Virus record (IMG/VR): IMGVR_UViG_3300017917_003143
Location: 279,633-343,632 of that record
DNA: 64,000 nucleotides
Strand: one strand, 5' to 3'
Part shown: positions 37,201 to 44,832 of the stretch, piece by piece
Layout of the letters: every line of letters begins with the position of its first letter
Numbering within the stretch: the first letter of the stretch is position 1
Notes under the pieces: model-generated
What the model saw: the letters and a program-made list of their open reading frames with translations, nothing else
Database searches by the model: none
What the model was told of the DNA's origin: nothing
Made by a program: the position numbers and the translations under genes

Positions 37201-37545
37201 CTTGATCGTATCAACGTAGCACGATTGGTTTGCTTCATCCGTGCAAGACTTGAAAGCATTGGTAAGAGCTTTGTGTTTGAACCCAATGATCAGATCACAC
37301 GTGATGAGATCAGCAACGCTATCAGTAACTTGATGAACGACTTGGTTGCCAAGCGTGGTATCTATGATTACTTGGTTGTGTGTGATGATACTAACAATAC
37401 ACCGTCACGTATCGATCGCAACGAGCTTTGGGTCGATATTGCTATCGAGCCGGTTAAAGCAGTTGAATTCATCTACATACCAGTTCGAATCAAGAACACA
37501 GGTGAGATATCTTCCGGGCAGGTTGCGACATCAACTACCGTCTAA
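34228..37545 (+). CDS. gp18: Tail sheath protein (T4 gp18-like), enlarged
   Basis: MALVSPGVEVTIIDES N-terminus; FNLIATP.YPE, PWLAPAG..RG, LYENKINPI, ALDRINVARL, LWVDIAIEPVKAVEFIYIP C-terminus. Confidence 0.95.
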   Translation: MALVSPGVEVTIIDESNYLPAPTNSVPFILIATAQNKISGSGVGVAAGTTAANANRVYLISSQRDLVNTFGNPFFYKTTAGTPINGYELNEYGLLAAYSVLGISNRAYIQRADIDLSELTATLTRPTGEPNNGTYWLDTSSTAWGIFEWSYTTSAFTLKTPIVITDENDLDGGFPKDSIGNIGDYCVNALNINNYGYFKSPGLTVTDSGGSVEIVPANTWVLIGSDDWKNSWPTVIANNASPALTIGQSILLNGNIVTATGTTVTQFAIDINDAGIPGVYANVVGNKLQIYVDGNGTNDLSTDDGNGILSIENNSGTLLTALGITATVYYAPTLQQSPNYTVPQWRSTSAEPHPTGSVWNKINNVNQGADLVVKKYDSTVGLFVQQNCPLYANDQSANKALDPAGGGRNITVGTTYAQYNVEVLDALTGAATFTMKLFERAATGNTIITGNTTTPVFVNGNTFEISWSTKNSDVLSGPVTATLAGTDATAFVTAFLAAIPSGAPVTAGVTSDGAVQIQHTQGGDVILKDITGTPVDDAGITTSVAGVRAGKDNDLILSNWVTLFPDYFPQGVAPDQDPTDGRLWYYSATDQVDIMIQNNGQWVGYQTVNSDVRGFDLMATDPNGPIISVTAPTINSEGNPLVYGDLWIDTSDLEAYPIIKRYQSVDGQDQWVLIDNTDQTTENGVLFADFRWAPNGSTNPITDPIPTIKSLLNSSYLDPDAPTSTLYPEGMLGFNLRRSGFNVKSFQVDYFNTRDFPDMDPMVVTQTNAWVTASGLQDNGAPYMGRKAVRNLVVQAMKASIDGNQDLREEQRQFNLIATPNYPELIPNMIALNNERSQTAFVVGDTPMRLPDTADAITAWATNANGVGLDSEDGLVTSDPYLGTFYPSCETTDLTGSTVVQPPSHMMLRTILRSDEVSFPWLAPAGTRRGIVDNAFALGYVNAQTGQFVSTAIRQSIRDTLYENKINPITFIPGAGITNYGNKTEAATPSALDRINVARLVCFIRARLESIGKSFVFEPNDQITRDEISNAISNLMNDLVAKRGIYDYLVVCDDTNNTPSRIDRNELWVDIAIEPVKAVEFIYIPVRIKNTGEISSGQVATSTTV

Positions 37546-37562
37546 AGGTATCGCTAATGCAG

Positions 37563-37591
37563 AAAAATGGGGCTTAGGCCCCATTTTTTTT
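37563..37591 (+). terminator. Rho-independent terminator after sheath gene
   Basis: AAAAATGGGGC-TTAG-GCCCCATTTTTTTT. Confidence 0.9.
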
Positions 37592-37632
37592 GGTCTCATC
37601 TCAGATAAATAATTGCATAATAGGAGAATGAT

Positions 37633-38274
37633 ATGGCAGTCTCATCGTTAAACAAAATGACAGTGCCTTTGGCAAGTGATCAATCAAGTCCAACACAAGG
37701 CTTGCTCATGCCCAAGCTCAAGTATCGCTTCCGTGCGGTATTTGAAAATTTAGGTGTTAGTACACCAAGAACTGAATTGACCAAACAGGTTATGGATTTT
37801 ACACGTCCTTCGGTCAGTTTTGAAGAAATGGTCGTTGACATCTATAACAGTAAATTATATCTGGCTGGTAAACACAGCTGGGAAGCAATCGCAGTCAATT
37901 TGCGTGATGATGCAGGCGGTCAAGTTACCAAACTTATTGGCGAACAGCTACAGAAACAGCTAGACTTTGTTGAACAAGCGTCAGCGGCTGCTGGTATTGA
38001 CTACAAGTTTACAACACGTCTTGAGATCCTTGACGGAGGCAATGGTGCGGCAACTCCTGTAGTCCTTGAAACTTGGAAATTGTATGGTTGTTACTTGACA
38101 TCAGTCAACTACAACGATCTCAACTACGGTGAAAGTGCTCCAGTTACAATCACAATGAACATCCGATTTGACAACGCTGTTCAGACTCCAGAAGAAACTA
38201 GTGGAATTGGTATACAGGTTGGTAGTCAGTTTTCTAGATCTATCGATAGAGCAACTGGTCCAATAACAGGATAA
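37633..38274 (+). CDS. gp19: Tail tube protein (T4 gp19-like)
   Basis: PKLKYRFR, RPSVSF, LAGKHSW, ETWKLYGCYL..VNY.DLNY, I..NIRFDNA. Confidence 0.9.
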   Translation: MAVSSLNKMTVPLASDQSSPTQGLLMPKLKYRFRAVFENLGVSTPRTELTKQVMDFTRPSVSFEEMVVDIYNSKLYLAGKHSWEAIAVNLRDDAGGQVTKLIGEQLQKQLDFVEQASAAAGIDYKFTTRLEILDGGNGAATPVVLETWKLYGCYLTSVNYNDLNYGESAPVTITMNIRFDNAVQTPEETSGIGIQVGSQFSRSIDRATGPITG

Positions 38275-38279
38275 TAGTT

Positions 38280-39482
38280 ATGGCCTTTGGAGAGGACTTC
38301 CTCAAGGGGTTCTTTGGAAGTGACTATCTAAAGGACTACACACATGCCAGCAAAACTTTCCGCGCAGGTGGTTATGAGCTGGCTCCTCGTTATAAGTTTC
38401 TTTTTCACGTTTACTTCAATCTCAACACTGTTGAAATTCCAAAATTAAAAGAAGTATTTGCTCGAGCCGATCAGGACAACCTTGGTCTCTTGGTCAAAAC
38501 AGCACAGCTTCCTAATTATAACATTGAAGTTGATACTATGAATCAGTACAATCGTAAGAGACTGATTCAGAAAAAAATTGAATACAATCCATGCCAGATA
38601 TCGTTCCACGATGATGGATCAGATCTGGCAAGGAATCTTTGGTACAACTACTTTGCTTACTACTACAAAGACCCTACCCAACAATACTGGGGAGTACCTG
38701 TCACACAAGGCAGTCTTGGACAGAGTGGCAATGGTGGTGATCCAAAAATGAGTTACAATGGTAGAGATATCTACTCTACAGATCGCACAGTCAACGACTG
38801 GGGTTATATTGGCGAAAGCTACAGTGACGGCGCAGTGGGCGTGAGCGGAAAACCACCATTCTTTAGAGATATTACGATTTATGGTTTTGATCAAAATAAT
38901 TTCTGTGCTTATGTTCTAGTAAATCCAATGATCACCGAATGGCGCCATGATACATATGATTACAGCCAAGGTGGCGGATTGATGGAACATCAAATGACTT
39001 TGAGATACGAAACAGTAAAATATTATCAAGGCAAACTTGATGCCAACCGACCTACTGCCAACGCCAAAGGTTTTGCAGATCCTGCACGGTACGATACACA
39101 ACCCAGTCCGTTGCTTCGTGGTACAAAAGCCACTGTGCTTGGACCAGGTGGCTTGGTAGATACTGTAGGAGGTATAGTGAACGACTTACAAAGCGGATCA
39201 GTGTTGGGTATCATTGGTGCTGTACAAAAAGCAGGATCAGCATACCAAACATTCAAAGGAAAGAATTTGCAGAGTATTGTTCGTAACGAAGCCAATGCCG
39301 TGGTTAAAGATGTGATACGTGGACAACTACCAGGAGCAGTGAGACAAGTGGCCAATGCCGCTGATGGGTTCTTCTTCCCCAAGGTACCTACGCAGACTAA
39401 TCCAACTACCACTGCACCAGCCACACCAAGATCAGCCACACCGACCTTGCAAGGCCCGGCCACCCAGGACGTTCCAAGATGA
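38280..39482 (+). CDS. Tube-like baseplate-tube junction protein (gp54/gp48-like)
   Basis: VKTAQLP.Y......NQYNRKR..Q.KIEY.P..ISFHDD tube-type motifs; follows gp19. Confidence 0.6.
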   Translation: MAFGEDFLKGFFGSDYLKDYTHASKTFRAGGYELAPRYKFLFHVYFNLNTVEIPKLKEVFARADQDNLGLLVKTAQLPNYNIEVDTMNQYNRKRLIQKKIEYNPCQISFHDDGSDLARNLWYNYFAYYYKDPTQQYWGVPVTQGSLGQSGNGGDPKMSYNGRDIYSTDRTVNDWGYIGESYSDGAVGVSGKPPFFRDITIYGFDQNNFCAYVLVNPMITEWRHDTYDYSQGGGLMEHQMTLRYETVKYYQGKLDANRPTANAKGFADPARYDTQPSPLLRGTKATVLGPGGLVDTVGGIVNDLQSGSVLGIIGAVQKAGSAYQTFKGKNLQSIVRNEANAVVKDVIRGQLPGAVRQVANAADGFFFPKVPTQTNPTTTAPATPRSATPTLQGPATQDVPR

Positions 39483-39838
39483 GCACAGTCAATTACGTTG
39501 ATCCAAAATTGGATCCCACAGTCAGGGTATTTGATCAGTTTTATGATTTTGCTGTAGAAGTTCCAGCTGATCAATACGACGTGGTCTACAGTTATTTTAA
39601 AAAAGTTTTTTCAGACAATCTTGCCGCTAAAAATTTCACAGTCACTTTGTTCCAAGTGGCTGACTATCAAAAAAGACCAGTGTTAGAAGTGCTGGCAGAA
39701 ATACAAGGTCAGAGCCAACTACAGCTGACATCAACATTGTGTTACTATCTCAACAATCAACGCAGTAATTCTACCTTGTTGGGAGTCAATGCTTTGGTAC
39801 AACCCAACTACTATGCCGCACGTAATGTATTACCATGA
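39479..39838 (+). CDS. Hypothetical protein (119 aa)
   Basis: ATGA-coupled on both sides. Confidence 0.7.
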   Translation: MSTVNYVDPKLDPTVRVFDQFYDFAVEVPADQYDVVYSYFKKVFSDNLAAKNFTVTLFQVADYQKRPVLEVLAEIQGQSQLQLTSTLCYYLNNQRSNSTLLGVNALVQPNYYAARNVLP

Positions 39839-40269
39839 GCAGGAACTATGCACAGGGATTCTTTGAAGTAGCGAATCCAAAAAAATATCTTGGCAAGGGC
39901 AAGCCCAAATACCGATCAGGTTGGGAACATGCCTTCATGCGTTTTTGCGACAACAATGATGCCATAGTGGGCTGGGCCAGCGAAAGCATTTCTATACCCT
40001 ATCGTAATCCACTGACAGGCAAGATGACCAACTACATTCCGGATTTCTTGATACAGTATCGCACTCGTACCAACGAAGTAAAAACCGAACTGATTGAAAT
40101 CAAACCCAAAAAGCAAAGCATTTTAGAAAGCAAGATGAGCGTGAGAGATCGTGCCATTGTTGCTGTAAACTATGCCAAATGGGACGCCGCAACCAAATGG
40201 TGTCGCCGGCAAGGGCTAACATTCCGTGTGATTACCGAAGACGATATCTTCCGCAACGGCAAGAAATAA
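39835..40269 (+). CDS. Head completion nuclease (T4 gp4-like, PD-(D/E)xK)
   Basis: YRSGWE..FM.FCD, WASE...IPY, Y.PDF, LIEIKP, VN.AKW.AA..WC. Confidence 0.85.
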   Translation: MSRNYAQGFFEVANPKKYLGKGKPKYRSGWEHAFMRFCDNNDAIVGWASESISIPYRNPLTGKMTNYIPDFLIQYRTRTNEVKTELIEIKPKKQSILESKMSVRDRAIVAVNYAKWDAATKWCRRQGLTFRVITEDDIFRNGKK

Positions 40270-40285
40270 TGCGGTAAATACCCGC

Positions 40286-40783
40286 ATGACTAAGAAATTA
40301 GAAGAACTGTTTGATCTACCTCGCAAAGAGGACGCCCAGGGCACAGACGATCCTGAGGATTCACACCCAGGCAACGATGTTGAAACCAATCTTCCAGTAT
40401 TGCCCGAAGCCTTGGCAGCACTGGACAAGATAGAGTCTGCTCTGCCAGCTGTGCGTGGCCTAGAAGCATCTGATCAGGAAATGGATGATCTCGCCAAAAA
40501 AGCCACTGAAAGTTTTGACAACCTCATGGACTTGGGCATGCAAGTAGACAGCCGTTATGCCAGCGAAATCTTTGCAGTGGCAGGTGCCATGTTAGGGCAT
40601 GCGATCACAGCCAAAACAGCCAAACTAAACAAAAAGCTCAAAATGATCGATCTACAGCTCAAAAAAGCCAAGCTCGATCAAGACAACGACGAACCCTCTG
40701 TGTCCACCGGTACCGGTGTGCTGTTGGATCGCAATGAAATACTGGAACGCTTGAGCAAGCGCGAACAACCAAAGAAGCCTTGA
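40286..40783 (+). CDS. Putative terminase small subunit (gp16-like)
   Basis: 165 aa helical protein ending KL..LQ...DRNEILERL; weak resemblance only. Confidence 0.45.
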   Translation: MTKKLEELFDLPRKEDAQGTDDPEDSHPGNDVETNLPVLPEALAALDKIESALPAVRGLEASDQEMDDLAKKATESFDNLMDLGMQVDSRYASEIFAVAGAMLGHAITAKTAKLNKKLKMIDLQLKKAKLDQDNDEPSVSTGTGVLLDRNEILERLSKREQPKKP

Positions 40784-40811
40784 TAGGCTAAATATGATAT
40801 AGGGGATTGAT

Positions 40812-41414
40812 ATGAAAACTTTTGCAGAATACTTAACAGAATCCAAGCACACATACGATTATCGTATTAAAATAGCAGGGGATATTCCTCCTGATTTTAT
40901 GAGCGGGTTCAAAGAAAAGCTCAAGCAATTTGACGTGGTGTCAATGAGCGCACCTAAGAAAACACCGGTGCAAAAACAGTTGTCTGATTTTCCTCAGTAC
41001 AACAATGAAAGCATGACTTTCATGGATGTTACTTTTAACTATCCAGCAACACCGCCACAGATCACACAGATCGCTCAGTTATTGGGCCTTGATCCTAACC
41101 GTATCATCATGCAAGATTCTAAGTATGCTGACAGTATTGATCAAGAACGTGCCAAACAAGATGCAGAGAGCAAAAACTTGCTGACTGACACAGATTATCC
41201 AGCTCCTGACAAAGAACAAAAAGCACTATCCAAAGACTACGCAGTCGGCCCCTACGATCATGCTGTGGTCAAGAATGCTTACAAGAGTGATTTCACCGTG
41301 GCAGGAGGCAAGACTCCGCCTGCAGTGAGTTCCAATGATTTCCCAATGGGACAAAAGAGTCCAGTTGGAACAACTAAAAATAAATTGCCAGCTGTACACA
41401 GCAACGCCAGATAA
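40812..41414 (+). CDS. Putative internal head protein
   Basis: Starts MKTFAEYLTE, like the T4 capsid-targeting sequence MKTYQEFIAE. Confidence 0.55.
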   Translation: MKTFAEYLTESKHTYDYRIKIAGDIPPDFMSGFKEKLKQFDVVSMSAPKKTPVQKQLSDFPQYNNESMTFMDVTFNYPATPPQITQIAQLLGLDPNRIIMQDSKYADSIDQERAKQDAESKNLLTDTDYPAPDKEQKALSKDYAVGPYDHAVVKNAYKSDFTVAGGKTPPAVSSNDFPMGQKSPVGTTKNKLPAVHSNAR

Positions 41415-41425
41415 GGAAAAAACAA

Positions 41426-43066
41426 ATGAATAACATGTATGACATACTCGGTAAAATGAATTTGCTGGAAGGCAAAGGTAGCAAACCTGACTTCCTTGAT
41501 CTGGACAAAGATGGCAACAAAAAAGAACCAATGAAGTCAGCGGCCAAGGAAGTTGATGAAGCATCATATTCTGCCAAAGCCGCTCGTGCTGGCAAAGACA
41601 TTGGCAAGCCAGGCAAAGCATTTGCACAGATAGCTGCCAAAGCTGGCAAGGCCTATGGTAGCAAAGAGCGTGGCGAGAAAGTTGCTGGTGCTGTGTTGGC
41701 CAAACTCCGTGCCAAAGAAGATGTGGCACAAGAAGGCAACAAGTTCACAGGCAATCTAGCCAAGGCTCGTGCCGCAGGCAAAAAAGTAGCAGACCTTGAT
41801 GGTGACGGAGACATGGAGCCAGTGCGCGAAGGTAATCTTGAAGAACTTGACATGAAGTTGCTCAAAGGACTACAAGGTGCAATGAGCAAGAATCAAAAGG
41901 ATCCAGAGAGCGAGCGCAACATCCACAAGAAATATGGATACCGCAGTGATCGTGACGAGACATCAGACGACGACTATGATGAGCACGGCAATCTCAAAGA
42001 CAAGAAAAAAGCCAAGCACAAAGATGATGGTCCTAAGAAAAAAGGACGCCCCAAAGGTTCAGGCCGTAAACTTGGAGCCAAAGGTCCTACAGGCAAGAGC
42101 AAATTGCTCCGTATGAAAGAAGACGAAACACAGTTGGTAGACAAAGGCGAATACGATCGCGAAGGCGACATGGCCAAAGAGCAGTTGCACACTATCGAAG
42201 CCGCTGCCAAAGAATTACACAGTATCCTTGGCGATGATCAGAACTTGCCAGAATGGGTGCAATCAAAGATTACCAAGGCCATGGACTACATTGACACAGC
42301 ACGTGACTATATGTTGAGCCAAAGGCACGATCAAGAAGAAATGCCTGTGGCTGAAAAGGCTGTGAGCAAAGCACAACAACGTTTCATGGGCATGGCACAT
42401 GCCATGCAAAAGGGCGAAAAGATTCCTGGCGCCAGCAAGGAATTAAAGCAAGTAGCCAAGACCATGAAGAAGGGTGACGTAGAAGATTTTGCTAAAACCA
42501 AACACTCAGGTCTTCCTGAAAAGAAAAAGAAGGAAGAAGAAGTCGAAGAAACCACAGTGGCTGGTAGCGTAGCACCTGCACCTGCTGGCGGAAAAGGAAA
42601 AAAAGGTATGGTATTTGGCAAGGGAGTATATGAAAACAAGATCGCTGAGAGCTTTGACAAGAAATTAGGCGAAGTGCTCAACGAAGGCATGAGCATCAAT
42701 ATGAGCATGGGCGAAGACGGACAGAAAAGCCTTACAGTCAACGCCACAGATGACGATGCTGTAAAACTTGCGCAGATTCTCAAATTGGCTGGCATGGGTT
42801 CAAGCCATGGTTACCAAGACGCATGCCCTGCATGTGGACAGCAAGATTGTGGTTGTGAACAGATGGACGAAGCACAAGATGATTTGGCCAATTCTCCTGA
42901 TGAAGAAACAGAAACAACAGAATACATGACCAAAACGATCGCCGGCGGCTTGAACAAGAACAAGGTAACAGGAATGACTACAATACCTGTGGTGCCTACC
43001 CAGCAAGTCACTGAAGCTGAGATTGAAAAAGATCTCATGAATCTTTACAAACAGTTTAAAGCATAA
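41426..43066 (+). CDS. K/E-rich putative internal head (poly)protein
   Basis: 546 aa low-complexity modules separated by hydrophobic-X-E sites. Confidence 0.5.
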   Translation: MNNMYDILGKMNLLEGKGSKPDFLDLDKDGNKKEPMKSAAKEVDEASYSAKAARAGKDIGKPGKAFAQIAAKAGKAYGSKERGEKVAGAVLAKLRAKEDVAQEGNKFTGNLAKARAAGKKVADLDGDGDMEPVREGNLEELDMKLLKGLQGAMSKNQKDPESERNIHKKYGYRSDRDETSDDDYDEHGNLKDKKKAKHKDDGPKKKGRPKGSGRKLGAKGPTGKSKLLRMKEDETQLVDKGEYDREGDMAKEQLHTIEAAAKELHSILGDDQNLPEWVQSKITKAMDYIDTARDYMLSQRHDQEEMPVAEKAVSKAQQRFMGMAHAMQKGEKIPGASKELKQVAKTMKKGDVEDFAKTKHSGLPEKKKKEEEVEETTVAGSVAPAPAGGKGKKGMVFGKGVYENKIAESFDKKLGEVLNEGMSINMSMGEDGQKSLTVNATDDDAVKLAQILKLAGMGSSHGYQDACPACGQQDCGCEQMDEAQDDLANSPDEETETTEYMTKTIAGGLNKNKVTGMTTIPVVPTQQVTEAEIEKDLMNLYKQFKA

Positions 43067-43740
43067 TGAAAACACTGCGCGAATACATCACTGAATCAGA
43101 ACAATGGATGGATAACCCAGCCGTTGGTGATGACTTTGCGATCAACATCAAAGAAGATTGTTTGATTGAAAGCCATATCATCGCAGTAGAAGAAGATAGA
43201 CTCTGCATCGAAGCTGATGAAAAATTGATGGCCATATTAGAAAGTTATGGATATCAATTAGAAGACAAGTGTTCTGTCTGCGGGCACGAAGCCTGCACCT
43301 GCGAAGATCTTGATGAAATGATGAGCGTGGACGATGTGTTGGTCAGTGAAGATCCCACAGAAGAAGAGCCAATGACTCCTGGTCGTGATGATCCAGATGG
43401 TACTACAGCCGATGATCCAATCGGCGAAGATTCTGGCGAAGAAGATGGCATGCCATTGGATATCGACGAAGCTGAATATCAAGGTCGCAAAGTGCCCTTG
43501 GGTAAGCCCATGCGTGGTGATGTCAAGAAGTTCAAAGTTTATGTGCGTGATCCCAGCACTGGCAATGTAAAAAAAGTCAACTTTGGCCACGGTGGTACAT
43601 CGGCTAAACGTCTTGGTCAGAAGACCATGAAGATCAAAAAATCAAATCCTGCACGTCGTAGATCATTCCGTGCTCGCCACAACTGCGACAATCCAGGACC
43701 AAGAACCAAAGCAAGATATTGGTCTTGCCGTGCGTGGTAA
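43066..43740 (+). CDS. Putative internal head protein with basic C-terminal domain
   Basis: Starts MKTLREYITE; acidic middle; basic KKFKVYV...VKKVNFG...RARHNCD...KARYWSC end. Confidence 0.55.
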   Translation: MKTLREYITESEQWMDNPAVGDDFAINIKEDCLIESHIIAVEEDRLCIEADEKLMAILESYGYQLEDKCSVCGHEACTCEDLDEMMSVDDVLVSEDPTEEEPMTPGRDDPDGTTADDPIGEDSGEEDGMPLDIDEAEYQGRKVPLGKPMRGDVKKFKVYVRDPSTGNVKKVNFGHGGTSAKRLGQKTMKIKKSNPARRRSFRARHNCDNPGPRTKARYWSCRAW

Positions 43741-43755
43741 ACAAGGAAAATAAAA

Positions 43756-44034
43756 ATGGCCGCAAACGTATACACATCATTGGCTAATGCCACAGTCTAT
43801 ACAGATAAACTACAGATAATTACTACTTCAAACGCTGTAACATACCAGGTTTATGCTACAGCACTGGGCTCTGCTCCAGCAGTTGGTAATATTTACAGCG
43901 AACCTATTAACATTCCAGCCCATACCGTGTTTGAAGTATATGCCGGTGCCGGTAACAAAGTTACTGTGGCTGGTTCTAATTGGACAGCACTTGAATTAGG
44001 GACAGCGAGTTCAGCACAAGAAAGCGTGTTCTAA
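43756..44034 (+). CDS. Hypothetical protein (92 aa)
   Basis: SD AAGGA; beta-rich composition. Confidence 0.7.
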   Translation: MAANVYTSLANATVYTDKLQIITTSNAVTYQVYATALGSAPAVGNIYSEPINIPAHTVFEVYAGAGNKVTVAGSNWTALELGTASSAQESVF

Positions 44035-44035
44035 A

Positions 44036-44449
44036 ATGAGAGCACGAGAGTTTGTCACAGAAGACGCTGGATTCAACGGGTTTGATCACGACGAGTCTAC
44101 CGGTCGTCGACGTCCTACTAAAAAACACCAAAAAGGTCATCCTGACAATTGGTACGTAGCTACCAGTCCGGGTGCCATGCGTATTGACAACCTTGACAAG
44201 TATTATGATCTATATCGTATGAGTATGATCATGGCTGGCGGCCCCACAGATGACGTAGCTGATGAAGAATCTTACATAGCCAACAGTCCTGTGTTGAGTG
44301 GGTATACTGATGAGGATGATGAAAAAATTAAGTACGCTGCCAAACGCATGGGCGGAGTGATCAGAGATATTGCACCACCTGGCAGCCGCGAACCTCAAGA
44401 TACACAGAAACAGAGTCCAATCAAAGCATTCAAAGGTTACCCAAAATGA
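44036..44449 (+). CDS. Putative internal head protein, paralog 1
   Basis: MRAREFVTE...SPIKAFKGYPK. Confidence 0.6.
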   Translation: MRAREFVTEDAGFNGFDHDESTGRRRPTKKHQKGHPDNWYVATSPGAMRIDNLDKYYDLYRMSMIMAGGPTDDVADEESYIANSPVLSGYTDEDDEKIKYAAKRMGGVIRDIAPPGSREPQDTQKQSPIKAFKGYPK

Positions 44450-44832
44450 GAGCACGTGAGTTTATCACCGAACAAGAAAATCTTGCACCTGAGCAAGCCG
44501 CTCCCATGCGACAAACTTATGTGATTCCTGGACTCAGCGCCGCGGATCCTTACAAAAATTATAGATTTGGTGTGGCCATAGCACGAGCCAGATCTGATCA
44601 AACACCCGATGACATCAACCCACACCGACCCGAGTGGTCAAAAGAAACACCATTTGGTGAGCATGGTGTGGTAGTGGGCATGAATGCAGGAATCAAACCT
44701 GTGATTGATGCCGCACTGAAGATGACAGGTACCCCAGGTGGCAAACGAATAGTATCAACTCCAGCCAGCGACGAGCCAGAGTTCGTGGAAAAAATCAGTC
44801 CAATCAAACCCTTTAAAGGATATCCACGGTAA
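44446..44832 (+). CDS. Putative internal head protein, paralog 2
   Basis: MRAREFITE...SPIKPFKGYPR. Confidence 0.6.
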   Translation: MRAREFITEQENLAPEQAAPMRQTYVIPGLSAADPYKNYRFGVAIARARSDQTPDDINPHRPEWSKETPFGEHGVVVGMNAGIKPVIDAALKMTGTPGGKRIVSTPASDEPEFVEKISPIKPFKGYPR

